Shown one piece after another: positions 23,648 through 33,018 of a stretch of DNA of 33,110 nucleotides; position 1 is the first letter of the stretch, and the number at the start of each line of letters is the position of its first letter. The stretch covers positions 1 to 33,110 of the IMG/VR virus record IMGVR_UViG_3300016476_000460, one strand, 5' to 3'. The notes under the pieces were generated by a model, which did no database searches, was not told where the DNA came from, and saw only the letters and a list, made by a program, of their open reading frames with translations. The translations under genes and the position numbers were made by a program. This DNA comes from a virus. Lineage: Duplodnaviria; Caudoviricetes.

Positions 23648-25102
23648 CTAGTAGTCAAGTTTTTCCAAAGAAAACGGATATTGTGCTTCTTTATAAAAAG
23701 CTTTTCTTTGAGTTAAGTGGCGTTTAGCAAACTTGCAGTCGCTGGTTATGTCCCAAATCTCAACATGATCTTTGTCTTCAGCTTTTCTTATACCGCGACC
23801 AATACTTTGTATTACACGTACAAACGATTTACCGGGCTCTAAAAGAACCAAATTAAAAATACGGGGAATATTAATTCCAACTGCGGCGACACCATAGGTA
23901 GCCACAATAATTTTGTCTTCACTTGTTCTAATCTCGTCATACTCTTCTTTCCTTTCAGTTAGTTTCATTTCCCCCGAAACAAACACTGCTCCGGGTAACC
24001 TTTCTACCAATTCTTTTCCTGCTGAGATTCTATCAACCAAGATCAATGTATTACCAGTGTCTTTGATCTTGTCGATTATCTTGGCTATAGTATCTAGTCT
24101 TGTTTGATCAGTGGTTAAAAATTTCAATTCGCTTTGATAGTCTTTATATTCTTTCTGATCTTTTAGCTGAACAATGTTGACATGACACTTGGCTAGTACA
24201 CCCATTTCTTGTAGTTCACTAGCAGCAAGTTTACCAACTACTGGACCCAACGATACTAACAGTGCTAGTTTATCAAAATCTGATTTTGGAATAGTACCAG
24301 TCAATCCCCAGCGAATAGGTACTCGTGATAGCACACCAGTTAACAATGTTTTTAGTGCTTCAGCTTTTGCTTGGTGTACTTCGTCAACGATAACACATAC
24401 CACGCCTTCAATAAAGTCATTGATAGTAAAGTCAGCTTCACCTGCTTGTGTTAGCTTTAATAGGTTGTTTAATGATTGCCAAGTACAGATCGTATGAGTT
24501 TTGTTTAGTTCTTTTCTGTCACCAAAGTATACACCAACATCAAGACCTAAGTTGATATAGTCTTCTTCTGTTTGTACCACTAGTGACTTGTTTGGTACTA
24601 TAACCAATGATCTACCGTATTTTTCTACTGACAATGACAGTGCCGCGGTAACAATAGTTTTACCTGCACCAGTGGCTGCTTCTTGAAGTGATTGCGGATT
24701 AGCTAAAAAGTTATTAACGATGGTTACTTGATAGTCACGAAACAAAATAGGTTTGCCTTCCATAACGTGACCTTTAGGCCAAGTTTTATGAGCAAAGGTA
24801 TCTTCTTTGATCTGCTGAAAGTCAAATGTAGTTCTGTACGTGCGTAAATCTTCTAGTTCGATATCATAGTCATAACGGTCTATGATGGGTATGATTTGTT
24901 CTAGCAAGTTAATATGTGTGGCGCCACCTAATGAAAAGTAACTTATCTTACCATTCCATCTACCTAATTTGACACTTGGTAAATATCTAGCACCAGGCTT
25001 TTCCACTTCAAACTTTTTCATTAACGCTTTACGAGCATCAAGCTCTAAGCCTTGAATTTTACAGTTTACTTCATCGGTTATGATTATCTTTGCTTGTTTC
25101 AT
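23648..25102 (-). CDS. uvsW: UvsW-like SF2 DNA helicase
   Basis: RDYQ, ATGAGKT, DEVH, LTGT, GINIP, QSIGRGIR. Confidence 0.9.
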   Translation of the reverse strand: MKQAKIIITDEVNCKIQGLELDARKALMKKFEVEKPGARYLPSVKLGRWNGKISYFSLGGATHINLLEQIIPIIDRYDYDIELEDLRTYRTTFDFQQIKEDTFAHKTWPKGHVMEGKPILFRDYQVTIVNNFLANPQSLQEAATGAGKTIVTAALSLSVEKYGRSLVIVPNKSLVVQTEEDYINLGLDVGVYFGDRKELNKTHTICTWQSLNNLLKLTQAGEADFTINDFIEGVVCVIVDEVHQAKAEALKTLLTGVLSRVPIRWGLTGTIPKSDFDKLALLVSLGPVVGKLAASELQEMGVLAKCHVNIVQLKDQKEYKDYQSELKFLTTDQTRLDTIAKIIDKIKDTGNTLILVDRISAGKELVERLPGAVFVSGEMKLTERKEEYDEIRTSEDKIIVATYGVAAVGINIPRIFNLVLLEPGKSFVRVIQSIGRGIRKAEDKDHVEIWDITSDCKFAKRHLTQRKAFYKEAQYPFSLEKLDY

Positions 25103-26115
25103 TTTACCTCTATTGGGGTTGAATTTCTTATAAACACGGATTTAGCTAGTGATCCACTACCGCAAAATTTCATGTTTTCATTGCCGTGATATTGCAGCAA
25201 TACAGGTTGTTTGATATTTTCGTCTATCTTAAAATTGTGATCTACTGGTATGCATTTTATTTTTTTATGCTCAAAGTATTTGATCATTGGCATAAACAGT
25301 TCTAGTTTTTTAGCAAAAGAATTGTGTACTCCTTTACCTAATAAAACTTGTGTAACTCCTAAATCTGCTAACCATTCAACTAGTAACCGTGTTTGACTAA
25401 CATCCACTTCGGTTACGAATTCAGATGCGAACTTTTTGAAATCGTTTTCTACCACTTTGTCGTGTATTCTTATACCAAGCTTAGATAATTCAAAAAGAGT
25501 TTTAGGATCGCTGTTAAGTTCTATGTTGCTAACATAAGTGCCTATCGTTTCATTGCTAGCAACCACATAGTAGTTGTTATTTATTGCGACTAAAGTAGGT
25601 TCCCATATTAAAGTAGAATATTGATTTACACGATCAATTAGACTAGTAACGTGTTTACAGAATCTTACTTCAGGGAAATACTTAGGAAGAATAGTGTATG
25701 CAAGTTTTAAAGCATATGTGTTCATGGGAGATATATATGCTTTCTTTATTTTATCCCATCGAAAAGTATTGTCCTTAATATCCTCAAACCGTCTAATAAA
25801 CTTGTTATTCATTGGTGTTCTGATCACAAGTTCATTGTTGATCAAAAACAATCTAGCTGAAGTATGTTCTTTAGACGTTTCTACTACTGATGCCTTCCAT
25901 GGCAAGGTAATCATTTGGTCCTTTGTAAGCAAAGTTTTTGATAATTGGTCTGCATACTTTTCAACCAATTTATTAAACAGCTTATCTTGCCCAGGTGTTA
26001 TGGTGTTGGTGTCTTTGATTATTACAGTAAGTTTATTAAAAAACTTCCTATCACTATAATGAAGCCTAAGTGGCTTTGACAAGAAAAAGTAAAGTAAGTG
26101 TTCTTTTGTTTGCAT
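25099..26115 (-). CDS. Hypothetical protein
   Basis: Long ORF; start probably MQTKE just after a TTGACT..TAATAT promoter-like sequence. Confidence 0.65.
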   Translation of the reverse strand: MQTKEHLLYFFLSKPLRLHYSDRKFFNKLTVIIKDTNTITPGQDKLFNKLVEKYADQLSKTLLTKDQMITLPWKASVVETSKEHTSARLFLINNELVIRTPMNNKFIRRFEDIKDNTFRWDKIKKAYISPMNTYALKLAYTILPKYFPEVRFCKHVTSLIDRVNQYSTLIWEPTLVAINNNYYVVASNETIGTYVSNIELNSDPKTLFELSKLGIRIHDKVVENDFKKFASEFVTEVDVSQTRLLVEWLADLGVTQVLLGKGVHNSFAKKLELFMPMIKYFEHKKIKCIPVDHNFKIDENIKQPVLLQYHGNENMKFCGSGSLAKSVFIRNSTPIEVK

Positions 26116-26160
26116 AATAATATATATTACTACAAGAGAAATATAAGTCAAATCTAAAGG

Positions 26161-26186
26161 TAAAAAAAGGGAGCATCATGCTCCCT
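26161..26186 (-). terminator. Rho-independent terminator
   Basis: AGGGAGCAT/ATGCTCCCT stem followed by a T-run on the minus strand. Confidence 0.8.
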
Positions 26187-26206
26187 AATAAAACGCATAC
26201 CTTGCG

Positions 26207-26617
26207 CTAAACCTTTTCGTACTTAATAGATTCGGACACTTGAGCCATACGTTGATGAATAATGTCACCAAAGAAATAATCACTAGGTCGTTTGATTCGA
26301 TAAGCAAACCTACCACCAAAGTAAACACAGTACCCCAAACCATGTTCTGATTCAATGATAACAGTATAAGCAGGCGTGATAGCTTGTCCACCAACTCCGC
26401 CAAAGCCTAGCGCAGTGCTAGACCAAGTTTGAGGAAACATTGCGTGAACAATCAAATCTGATGAACGGTGTTTGGCATGTTTTGTTATACGCCTATCTTC
26501 TTTTGTATTTCTATAATGTTCCCAATCACGATCTTGATATTCGTATTCAGGAAACCCTTCATACTGAGCATGTGCTAATGACATAGCCAATGCTTGTATT
26601 GGATTATCTAATTGCAT
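26207..26617 (-). CDS. Hypothetical protein (FPQTWSSTALGFGG motif)
   Basis: ORF with GAGG SD. Confidence 0.7.
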   Translation of the reverse strand: MQLDNPIQALAMSLAHAQYEGFPEYEYQDRDWEHYRNTKEDRRITKHAKHRSSDLIVHAMFPQTWSSTALGFGGVGGQAITPAYTVIIESEHGLGYCVYFGGRFAYRIKRPSDYFFGDIIHQRMAQVSESIKYEKV

Positions 26618-26631
26618 TCTATTTCAACCTC

Positions 26632-27390
26632 TTACTGTTTCCATGGACTAGGTAGAACCCAATCCTCAGGTACTTCATAAACTTCTGGTACTGCTTGGTT
26701 TCCACCAAGAGACTTCCAAACTAATCTACGCTTGCGATTTTCTTCTTCGCACCATTGCCACTTACGCCATTTTTCATACATAACAGGAAAGTCTGCTGCC
26801 CATAATGTAATACCGTATGAGTATTTCTTTGTGTCTTTGTTGCTACCCACGCTACTACCTGAGCCAGTGTTAATGATAGTATCTGTAAAGTAAGAACTAC
26901 CCCAACCATCTTCTACGTAGCTTTTATTTCTACGCTTATAAGAGGGAGGTTTAACTTCGATAGTTATCGTACCACGCCATCCAGGATAACTATCGGGTCT
27001 ATCATCCTCGTAGTGTCTACCAAAGTTAGTTACTCCGCCTTGTGGACAAGAATGCGTATTGAAACACGTTTCTTCCCATTTAAGATTTTCAATTTTAACA
27101 TCAACGAATTCATGAAAAGAAGGCTTGTTGTCACGCCATTTCCATTTTTCATTGTTAGCGCCATTAGCCCAGAACCACTGCCAGTTGTCTTTGATAAACT
27201 GTACAAGGTCACTAGTAGATTCTACTTGACCCATTTTCTGCATAATGATTTGACGGGTGGCTTTCATATGCTCAATTTTTCTTCGAGCAATATTGCCACT
27301 GGCAAGTTTACGCAGATGCTTTACGTACTTTTCTTTGTCTTTAAAAAGCTTACCGTCAGTTTCGCTTTCCCAAACAGTTACTTTACCCAT
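26632..27390 (-). CDS. Hypothetical protein
   Basis: 252-aa ORF in operon. Confidence 0.7.
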   Translation of the reverse strand: MGKVTVWESETDGKLFKDKEKYVKHLRKLASGNIARRKIEHMKATRQIIMQKMGQVESTSDLVQFIKDNWQWFWANGANNEKWKWRDNKPSFHEFVDVKIENLKWEETCFNTHSCPQGGVTNFGRHYEDDRPDSYPGWRGTITIEVKPPSYKRRNKSYVEDGWGSSYFTDTIINTGSGSSVGSNKDTKKYSYGITLWAADFPVMYEKWRKWQWCEEENRKRRLVWKSLGGNQAVPEVYEVPEDWVLPSPWKQ

Positions 27391-27392
27391 AA

Positions 27393-27635
27393 TTAGCCTG
27401 TGAACATTTCATATCGACGATGTGAGGGAATATTACAATGAACACATCTTTTTTCTTGACTCATTATGCTATAGTTTCCGGTTGGTGCGAACGTACTAAC
27501 CCTATATCTCGTTCCCAACTTAGACGGCTCGCTATACCTAGTCCATTTATGAATACCAAGTTTACACCAGAAGCTTGTCATAAGTAGTGGCTCGTCTTTT
27601 AATGCTCTAAATGTGTTTTCTTTTCCAGGAGACAT
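27393..27635 (-). CDS. Small Cys/His protein (WCKLGIHKW...CVHC)
   Basis: ORF with GAGG SD. Confidence 0.65.
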   Translation of the reverse strand: MSPGKENTFRALKDEPLLMTSFWCKLGIHKWTRYSEPSKLGTRYRVSTFAPTGNYSIMSQEKRCVHCNIPSHRRYEMFTG

Positions 27636-27642
27636 GATTGCC

Positions 27643-27948
27643 TCAAATTTTAAATGCTGCCCAAAATGCTGTTTTTTCTAGATCGCTTTGAAACTCTGGA
27701 TACACTTCATCCAAACGATCTTTGTTTACTCGCTGATAACCTTTGTCCAACTTCTTATCAAACATCCTTTCTGCTTCATATGAAGAGCACTCAACTAGTT
27801 TGGTTTGAAGTTTGGCACCACGCCTGCCCCAAAACGAAACATACTTGTTAGTGTGCCAGCGGCCATCGCCGCCTTTCTGTAGCAAAATCATACCCCAAAC
27901 TTTGTCTGAAGTACCTTCTTTCATCCAACCAATGTGTTCAAATTTCAT
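27643..27948 (-). CDS. WGR-domain protein
   Basis: SDKVW...FWGRRG...KKLDKGY. Confidence 0.75.
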   Translation of the reverse strand: MKFEHIGWMKEGTSDKVWGMILLQKGGDGRWHTNKYVSFWGRRGAKLQTKLVECSSYEAERMFDKKLDKGYQRVNKDRLDEVYPEFQSDLEKTAFWAAFKI

Positions 27949-28229
27949 CGTTTCAGCATCTCCACAATCTTTTTAGGATCAAGTATTTCATGTATACCTT
28001 TTGCTGGCTGCTCAACTACATGATACTCTACAACTTCCCAATGACTCATATCTGTTTGCTTGTGATAATTGTCACCAAGATGAAACTGCGTCAAATGGGA
28101 CCGAAGTTTACCAAGAGTATCCCAAGTTTTGCCTTGTTTGCTCCACTCAACATCACCAGTGTGCCTTTGGCGCGATCCACCTTTAGAAAACTCACCAGTA
28201 TTCTTATTTCTGATTTTGTAAAAGATCAT
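27945..28229 (-). CDS. Hypothetical protein
   Basis: ATGA-coupled ORF. Confidence 0.65.
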   Translation of the reverse strand: MIFYKIRNKNTGEFSKGGSRQRHTGDVEWSKQGKTWDTLGKLRSHLTQFHLGDNYHKQTDMSHWEVVEYHVVEQPAKGIHEILDPKKIVEMLKR

Positions 28230-28618
28230 AGCACGAACCCTACTCGCCTAAGTGTGCTTACGGCTTCACTACGATCCATCAGTGTTCGCAAGTGAGGGAT
28301 AGATTTTGGCTCACCTCGCTCTATATCTTCAACTAGCTCCTTAGCATCTTTTAGCGAAAAGTTAGACACTCGCCTCACTGCCTTGATACGCTCAATTTTG
28401 TTTGAAATAACAGGTTCATATCCTTTGAGTCTGATTGTGCCACCATGATCGCCGGTGATCAGAGAGAAAAAGATTTTACCTTTGATATCAGGATCAACAG
28501 CCGACACCATACTATCATACAGTTTCATGCCTTCTTCAGCACCGTAAGCACGAGTGATAGCATTCATGAATGTAATACCACTTGATACGATTTCGTCTAT
28601 GTAATCTTCTGGAATCAT
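28226..28618 (-). CDS. Protein with ribosomal L7/L12 C-terminal-like domain
   Basis: KIERIKAVRRVSNFSLKDAKELVE resembles L7/L12 KI.VIK.VR..TGLGLKEAK.LVE. Confidence 0.65.
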   Translation of the reverse strand: MIPEDYIDEIVSSGITFMNAITRAYGAEEGMKLYDSMVSAVDPDIKGKIFFSLITGDHGGTIRLKGYEPVISNKIERIKAVRRVSNFSLKDAKELVEDIERGEPKSIPHLRTLMDRSEAVSTLRRVGFVL

Positions 28619-28887
28619 TATAGACTCTTAGCCCATTCAGATACTTTTTTAGTTTCTAATGCTCCGCATTCATAACCATTGTCAATGAATTCAGTGCGTT
28701 TGCTAGTAAGCAGGTTAGTGATAAATTCTTGATCTTGCCATTTGTCTTCGGGAAGTAGAATAGGTTCTACTGTAGACTCAGCCTTTGCACCGTCAACGAT
28801 TAAGAAGCCGTAAAAATTGTAATCGTTTTCAGTGTCTACTTGACAACCGTATATTGCGTTTTTGCTCATTTTGAAAACAAACTCCAA
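28618..28887 (-). CDS. Hypothetical protein
   Basis: ORF; start uncertain. Confidence 0.55.
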   Translation of the reverse strand: MEFVFKMSKNAIYGCQVDTENDYNFYGFLIVDGAKAESTVEPILLPEDKWQDQEFITNLLTSKRTEFIDNGYECGALETKKVSEWAKSL

Positions 28888-29024
28888 AGACGATTGCCAA
28901 TAATAACACCGATCACTCCGCCTACATTAAGATCACCAGTGAACCAAGATACCGCAATCACAGCTAACGGAATACTAATAAGATCACTAACGTCTACATC
29001 AAACAATTTTTCTACAGTAGTCAT
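28866..29024 (-). CDS. Small membrane protein
   Basis: Two hydrophobic stretches; GAGGTGG SD before ATG 29024. Confidence 0.55.
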   Translation of the reverse strand: MTTVEKLFDVDVSDLISIPLAVIAVSWFTGDLNVGGVIGVIIGNRLWSLFSK

Positions 29025-29025
29025 A

Positions 29026-29298
29026 TTATTCCACCTCGTAATTAACAGCCATAACAACAGTTTTACCAACTATGCGATTCAGATCAACTTCTACTCCCAA
29101 ATCTTTGGATACCACAAAAAAGTGTTTGCTCTTAGCAGTATAGGTATGTCCCATGTCGTTGTACGCAACTGATACCATTCGACTAGTAACCGGATAAAAC
29201 ACATCGTTAATCGATACTGTCGTAAGATTCAGTACACGCTTACCGTCTACCTGATATTCATCGCTTTCCCAGTTATTGCGATACTCAAGCTTGCTCAT
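29026..29298 (-). CDS. Hypothetical protein
   Basis: ORF with GAGG SD. Confidence 0.65.
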   Translation of the reverse strand: MSKLEYRNNWESDEYQVDGKRVLNLTTVSINDVFYPVTSRMVSVAYNDMGHTYTAKSKHFFVVSKDLGVEVDLNRIVGKTVVMAVNYEVE

Positions 29299-29299
29299 A

Positions 29300-30325
29300 T
29301 TAACCTCGCTTCATACAAGTAGATTCAGCCAGCAGTTTCCAGTTAGACTTGGACACTTTAACCAAGTCAGCAATTTTCAGTGACATACGCAGTGAAATTT
29401 CACGCAGTTTGTTCTGATTAGTTTCCATAAACTCAAGGATTTCGTCTGCCTGTTCTACAGAGAAATTGTAGTCTGCAAACAAGCCACCATCGGCATCACG
29501 ATGTACCTGCTTGATACGCAGCATCTTGTCACGCTGAGTTTCAATAGTCAGATCCAGAAAGTGACAGCGAGACTGAAGTGCGTCAACGTGTGCCTGAATC
29601 TTGTTGCTGCGACGGTCTTCAAAATTCAAGTTAGTGATAAAGATGATAGAGCCGTTGAAGTCAAACGAGTTGGGCACACCCTCTTCGCGCAGAAGACGCG
29701 AGTCTTTGTTCCAAGAGATGCGGCGCTTCTTGCCAGAGTCCAACGCACCCTTGAGTACGTTCAGAGCGTCCGGGTCAGTGAATACGTCACAGTCATCAAA
29801 CACCAACACGTTCTTAGCATCTGAGTACTTGTACAGAGTAGCGAACAAGCCAATACCAGATACTGCACCTTTGATAATTTCAAAGCGGGGCTTGCGGCTA
29901 GCGATTTTATCAAACAGTGAAGCTTTGTTCATCTGCTCAATAACACCATGAGACTTACCAACACCGGGCGGGCCAGTTACGATCATTGCACGAATGTCGC
30001 CTGTGATGCAAGCTTGTGCCATTTGATCCAGAATTTCAAAGCGGGTAGCAATGCGATTCATTGCTGCTTCGTCAGTTTCTTGCGGGAGGGATACTTGCAG
30101 CTCAACTACATCATTCACGGGCGCGTCACCTGAGACATATTCAAAAGAATCAATATTATCTACTTTGATCTTGACCGCGTCAATTGCAATCGGGAAGTGA
30201 CCTTCATTCTTTACAGTCACGTATGCACCCTTAGCACCAACTTGATAACCCTTTACCAACTTGAAAGTAGTGTTGATAACAGGGATGTTACGATAAGTGC
30301 CGCGCTTGATACGAATTACTGACAT
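29300..30325 (-). CDS. AAA+-type P-loop ATPase
   Basis: GPPGVGKS, LVFDDCD, IFITN, ALQSR. Confidence 0.85.
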   Translation of the reverse strand: MSVIRIKRGTYRNIPVINTTFKLVKGYQVGAKGAYVTVKNEGHFPIAIDAVKIKVDNIDSFEYVSGDAPVNDVVELQVSLPQETDEAAMNRIATRFEILDQMAQACITGDIRAMIVTGPPGVGKSHGVIEQMNKASLFDKIASRKPRFEIIKGAVSGIGLFATLYKYSDAKNVLVFDDCDVFTDPDALNVLKGALDSGKKRRISWNKDSRLLREEGVPNSFDFNGSIIFITNLNFEDRRSNKIQAHVDALQSRCHFLDLTIETQRDKMLRIKQVHRDADGGLFADYNFSVEQADEILEFMETNQNKLREISLRMSLKIADLVKVSKSNWKLLAESTCMKRG

Positions 30326-30359
30326 ATTGATTTCTCTCTTGTTTATTGACTATAGAACT

Positions 30360-30387
30360 ATTATAGCAGAATTGGGTAAAGAGTCAA
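30360..30387 (-). promoter_or_regulatory. Early sigma70-like promoter TTGACT-N16-TATAAT
   Basis: Near-consensus; homologous to the 30901-30928 copy. Confidence 0.75.
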
Positions 30388-30414
30388 GCCTTTGAGCAAA
30401 CTATTTTTCCTAAT

Positions 30415-30444
30415 AAAATCAACAACTTATAAGTTATTGATTTT
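30415..30444. promoter_or_regulatory. 30-bp near-perfect palindrome made of two IHF-consensus sites
   Basis: AAAATCAACAACTTA-TAAGTTATTGATTTT; each half matches WATCAANNNNTTR. Confidence 0.65.
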
Positions 30445-30640
30445 TATAGAGATTTTCGCGCTGCCAGTTCCAAAGAGATACAGTATCACGGAACACAGGA
30501 CCAAACAATTCGCGCACGGTCATGTCTACGTTAAGGCGTGCAGTCTGCCAACCACCTGCTACGCTGAGGCACGTGTAAGACTCAGTACGCTCCCATTCGC
30601 CGTTTACCATCTTGAAACCTTCGGGAGTAAAGAAAGCCAT
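30434..30640 (-). CDS. Small hypothetical protein
   Basis: ORF with GAGGA SD. Confidence 0.65.
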   Translation of the reverse strand: MAFFTPEGFKMVNGEWERTESYTCLSVAGGWQTARLNVDMTVRELFGPVFRDTVSLWNWQRENLYKNQ

Positions 30641-30675
30641 TTGTAGTATCCTCTTTTCTTAATAAAATCAGTAAC

Positions 30676-30870
30676 TTAGCACTTCTCAGCTAGTTCAGCT
30701 TTCAGCATGTTTACCAAAGCTTCTAGTTGACCGTACTTTACCAAGTCACCGCGGTCATACTGGTCGTATTCTATCCAAGACCCGCAACACTCACATCCAC
30801 CTTGAATAGAAGCATCATATCGGGTTACTCGCTCCAGTAATTCATCAAGTACTTGTGCCGTGGTTTTCAT
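30676..30870 (-). CDS. Small hypothetical protein (GCECCG)
   Basis: ORF with AGGA SD downstream of a promoter. Confidence 0.65.
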   Translation of the reverse strand: MKTTAQVLDELLERVTRYDASIQGGCECCGSWIEYDQYDRGDLVKYGQLEALVNMLKAELAEKC

Positions 30871-30900
30871 CTGTCTGTCCTGTTGATTGACTATAGTGTT

Positions 30901-30928
30901 ATTATAGCTGATTTGGGCAGAATGTCAA
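30901..30928 (-). promoter_or_regulatory. Early sigma70-like promoter TTGACA-N16-TATAAT
   Basis: Perfect hexamers. Confidence 0.8.
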
Positions 30929-31488
30929 GCCTTTTTTAGAGTTTTTCTTCCCGGTGTTGCATAATCGCGGTTTGCATGTGTTTTGTAAACATGACAACAT
31001 GCACACAATGTTTGAAGATTAGAAGGTTCATTGTTAAAAGGATTACCGTCAATATGATCCACTTGTAGTTGTGCCATAATAAGAATCTTAGTAGTACACT
31101 TAAATCCCAATCTTTTGTCTATATTTTCGCAAAAATCTTTCCTAAAGATAGAGTACGTGGTTGAAATACATACGTGTTCCTTACAGTATTTTGTAAATTT
31201 TATGTTTGATTTATTATCAGTACCCCTAATTATTACTTTCTTTTTACATCCCGGAACCGCACAACACGGTACCGATCTACGATCCACTAGCTCTTTTTTT
31301 TCTTTGAAAATTTCTCGGCGCTTATTATGGCAATGAATGCAATAATGACGAAAAGTAGGATGCCCTAAACTATTAGTATGACCTATATTTTGAGCATAAT
31401 TTTTACAACCCTTGGTTCTGCATTTAGGTCTGTTAAATACTTTACCGTCTACAGTATAGGTTTTTGTAATTTTTCTCATGCCGATCAC
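30925..31488 (-). CDS. HNH endonuclease with Cys-rich N-terminal fingers
   Basis: QVDHIDGNPFNNEPSNLQTLCACCH; two C-x4-C...C..H units. Confidence 0.85.
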   Translation of the reverse strand: MIGMRKITKTYTVDGKVFNRPKCRTKGCKNYAQNIGHTNSLGHPTFRHYCIHCHNKRREIFKEKKELVDRRSVPCCAVPGCKKKVIIRGTDNKSNIKFTKYCKEHVCISTTYSIFRKDFCENIDKRLGFKCTTKILIMAQLQVDHIDGNPFNNEPSNLQTLCACCHVYKTHANRDYATPGRKTLKKA

Positions 31489-31511
31489 ATCCTAATAAAT
31501 TATCATAGTTA

Positions 31512-31540
31512 AGTTTATTAGTATGTATTAATAAAGTCAA
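31512..31540 (-). promoter_or_regulatory. sigma70-like promoter TTGACT-N17-TAAACT
   Basis: Same GGCTTGAC -35 context as the other two early promoters. Confidence 0.55.
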
Positions 31541-31689
31541 GCCGTTTTTAAAAATATTTCAACAAACCACTGAGCTAACTTGTTGATTATAAACAACATT
31601 TTTAACGAACAATCAATGGCTTACGTTGCCTGCTTGAAATCTATACCGTGTAGCAGAGTCGATATACTACGTAATCACCGGCCAAAAAG

Positions 31690-31757
31690 AAACCCCATTG
31701 AAATCAACAACTTACTAAAATATCTGATTCTGTAAGTTATTGATTTCTTTGGGGTTT
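31690..31757. repeat. 26-bp imperfect inverted repeat, each arm with an IHF-consensus site
   Basis: Arms 31690-31715 and 31732-31757, 23/26 matching; may also act as terminator. Confidence 0.75.
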
Positions 31758-31761
31758 TAGA

Positions 31762-32943
31762 TTAGAAACTATTATTATAATCAGTAGTAGTTTCTTTTGC
31801 GGCTATCTGAGTAGCCGTGCTAACAGTGATCAGCTTCAACAGTGTATCCATCGCACTAGCCGGTTCACCTGATTTTCCGTCGCCAGCGCCACCGATGTAT
31901 GTCTCAGGAACCAGCGCGTTCTTACCAGAAGCAAGGGCCTGCGCAACACCAATTGCAGTTTCTTTTTGTACAGTAAGACGAATTTCAAGAGCATTATCCG
32001 CTTCAAAAATCTGCTTACGCACTTCAGCTTGTGCATGTCCTTCCTTAAGGATTGCTTCAGCTTTAAAGGCTGCTTCCTCTGCTTCAATCTTAGCCTGGTT
32101 ACGATTGATCTCAGCTTGCTTGATAGTATTTACCTTAATAACTTCCATGTCTTTTTCGGCAGTAACAGCAGCTTCAGCAGCGACACTTTGTTTGGATTTT
32201 TCTAGAGCAATACCCACCGCCTGTTCAGAAGCCGCAGTCCTTTCACCTACTACTTGCTGGGCCGCGACTCGCTTCAAGTCAACTTCTTGAGCAGCTTTAA
32301 TCTCAGCTTCTTGAGCCACACGCATGTTTTCTGCTACTTCGACTCGGCTTTCACGCTCAATAAAAGACTTTTTCTTAGCCATGATATTTTCAATCACAGT
32401 ACTGCCTTTAGCGTCCCTGATATCCATTAGCTCAAGATTTTTAACAGGAGACACACCCCATTCTTGTAGCTGTGAAGTAACTGCATCAGTGAAACTATTA
32501 GAAAACTTGTCGCGGTGCATCATAATTTCATCAATCGTATACGATGCTAGAATAGTTCTAACAGCACCTTGTACAATTTCGCGCAATTGACTTTCAAGAA
32601 TCTTGTGATCAATATTCTGAGCCGCTTTATTTGTGTCTGTGATACGAAAGAAAGCAGTAACATCAATCAAGAATGGTACCCGATCTTTGTCATAAGACTC
32701 ATAATCCTTGAGCCTAATTTCAAAGTTGTTTACAGGAAGTTTCGTTACCAAAACACCCAGCATTGGAACCCAACTTGGCCAAGACCAGTAAACGTTGCCG
32801 CCTTCTTTATCTTTACCGTATGAAATGACTTTCTTTTTGCTTTGAACAATGTGTACCATGTTAGTGGGTACAACAGTACGCAATGCGATTGAAAGTACGA
32901 CCAAAAATACCAGAACAGAGCCTAGAACAATTAAGCCAAACAT
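31762..32943 (-). CDS. SPFH/band-7 (flotillin-like) membrane protein
   Basis: N-terminal TM helix, SPFH-like core (V.G..R..LA....EIM..R..F), Ala/Glu coiled coil. Confidence 0.85.
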   Translation of the reverse strand: MFGLIVLGSVLVFLVVLSIALRTVVPTNMVHIVQSKKKVISYGKDKEGGNVYWSWPSWVPMLGVLVTKLPVNNFEIRLKDYESYDKDRVPFLIDVTAFFRITDTNKAAQNIDHKILESQLREIVQGAVRTILASYTIDEIMMHRDKFSNSFTDAVTSQLQEWGVSPVKNLELMDIRDAKGSTVIENIMAKKKSFIERESRVEVAENMRVAQEAEIKAAQEVDLKRVAAQQVVGERTAASEQAVGIALEKSKQSVAAEAAVTAEKDMEVIKVNTIKQAEINRNQAKIEAEEAAFKAEAILKEGHAQAEVRKQIFEADNALEIRLTVQKETAIGVAQALASGKNALVPETYIGGAGDGKSGEPASAMDTLLKLITVSTATQIAAKETTTDYNNSF

Positions 32944-32969
32944 GTTATTTCCTTTTTTGAAATAGAGTT

Positions 32970-33002
32970 AAAAAGATAGCGTGGGAAATATCTCCCACGC
33001 TA
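32970..33002 (-). terminator. Rho-independent terminator
   Basis: TAGCGTGGGA/TCCCACGCTA stem (32977-33002) then TCTTTTT on the minus strand. Confidence 0.75.
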
Positions 33003-33018
33003 GTTTAGAGTACACTGA

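Noticed and set aside
29300-30325. Clamp-loader large subunit (gp44)
   Set aside because: AAA+ motifs present, but Walker B is DDCD, RFC-type boxes are not evident and it lies in the early region; left as generic ATPase
31489-31761. tRNA or other ncRNA in the largest intergenic gap
   Set aside because: No cloverleaf or T-loop signature seen; content explained by promoter and IHF-like repeats
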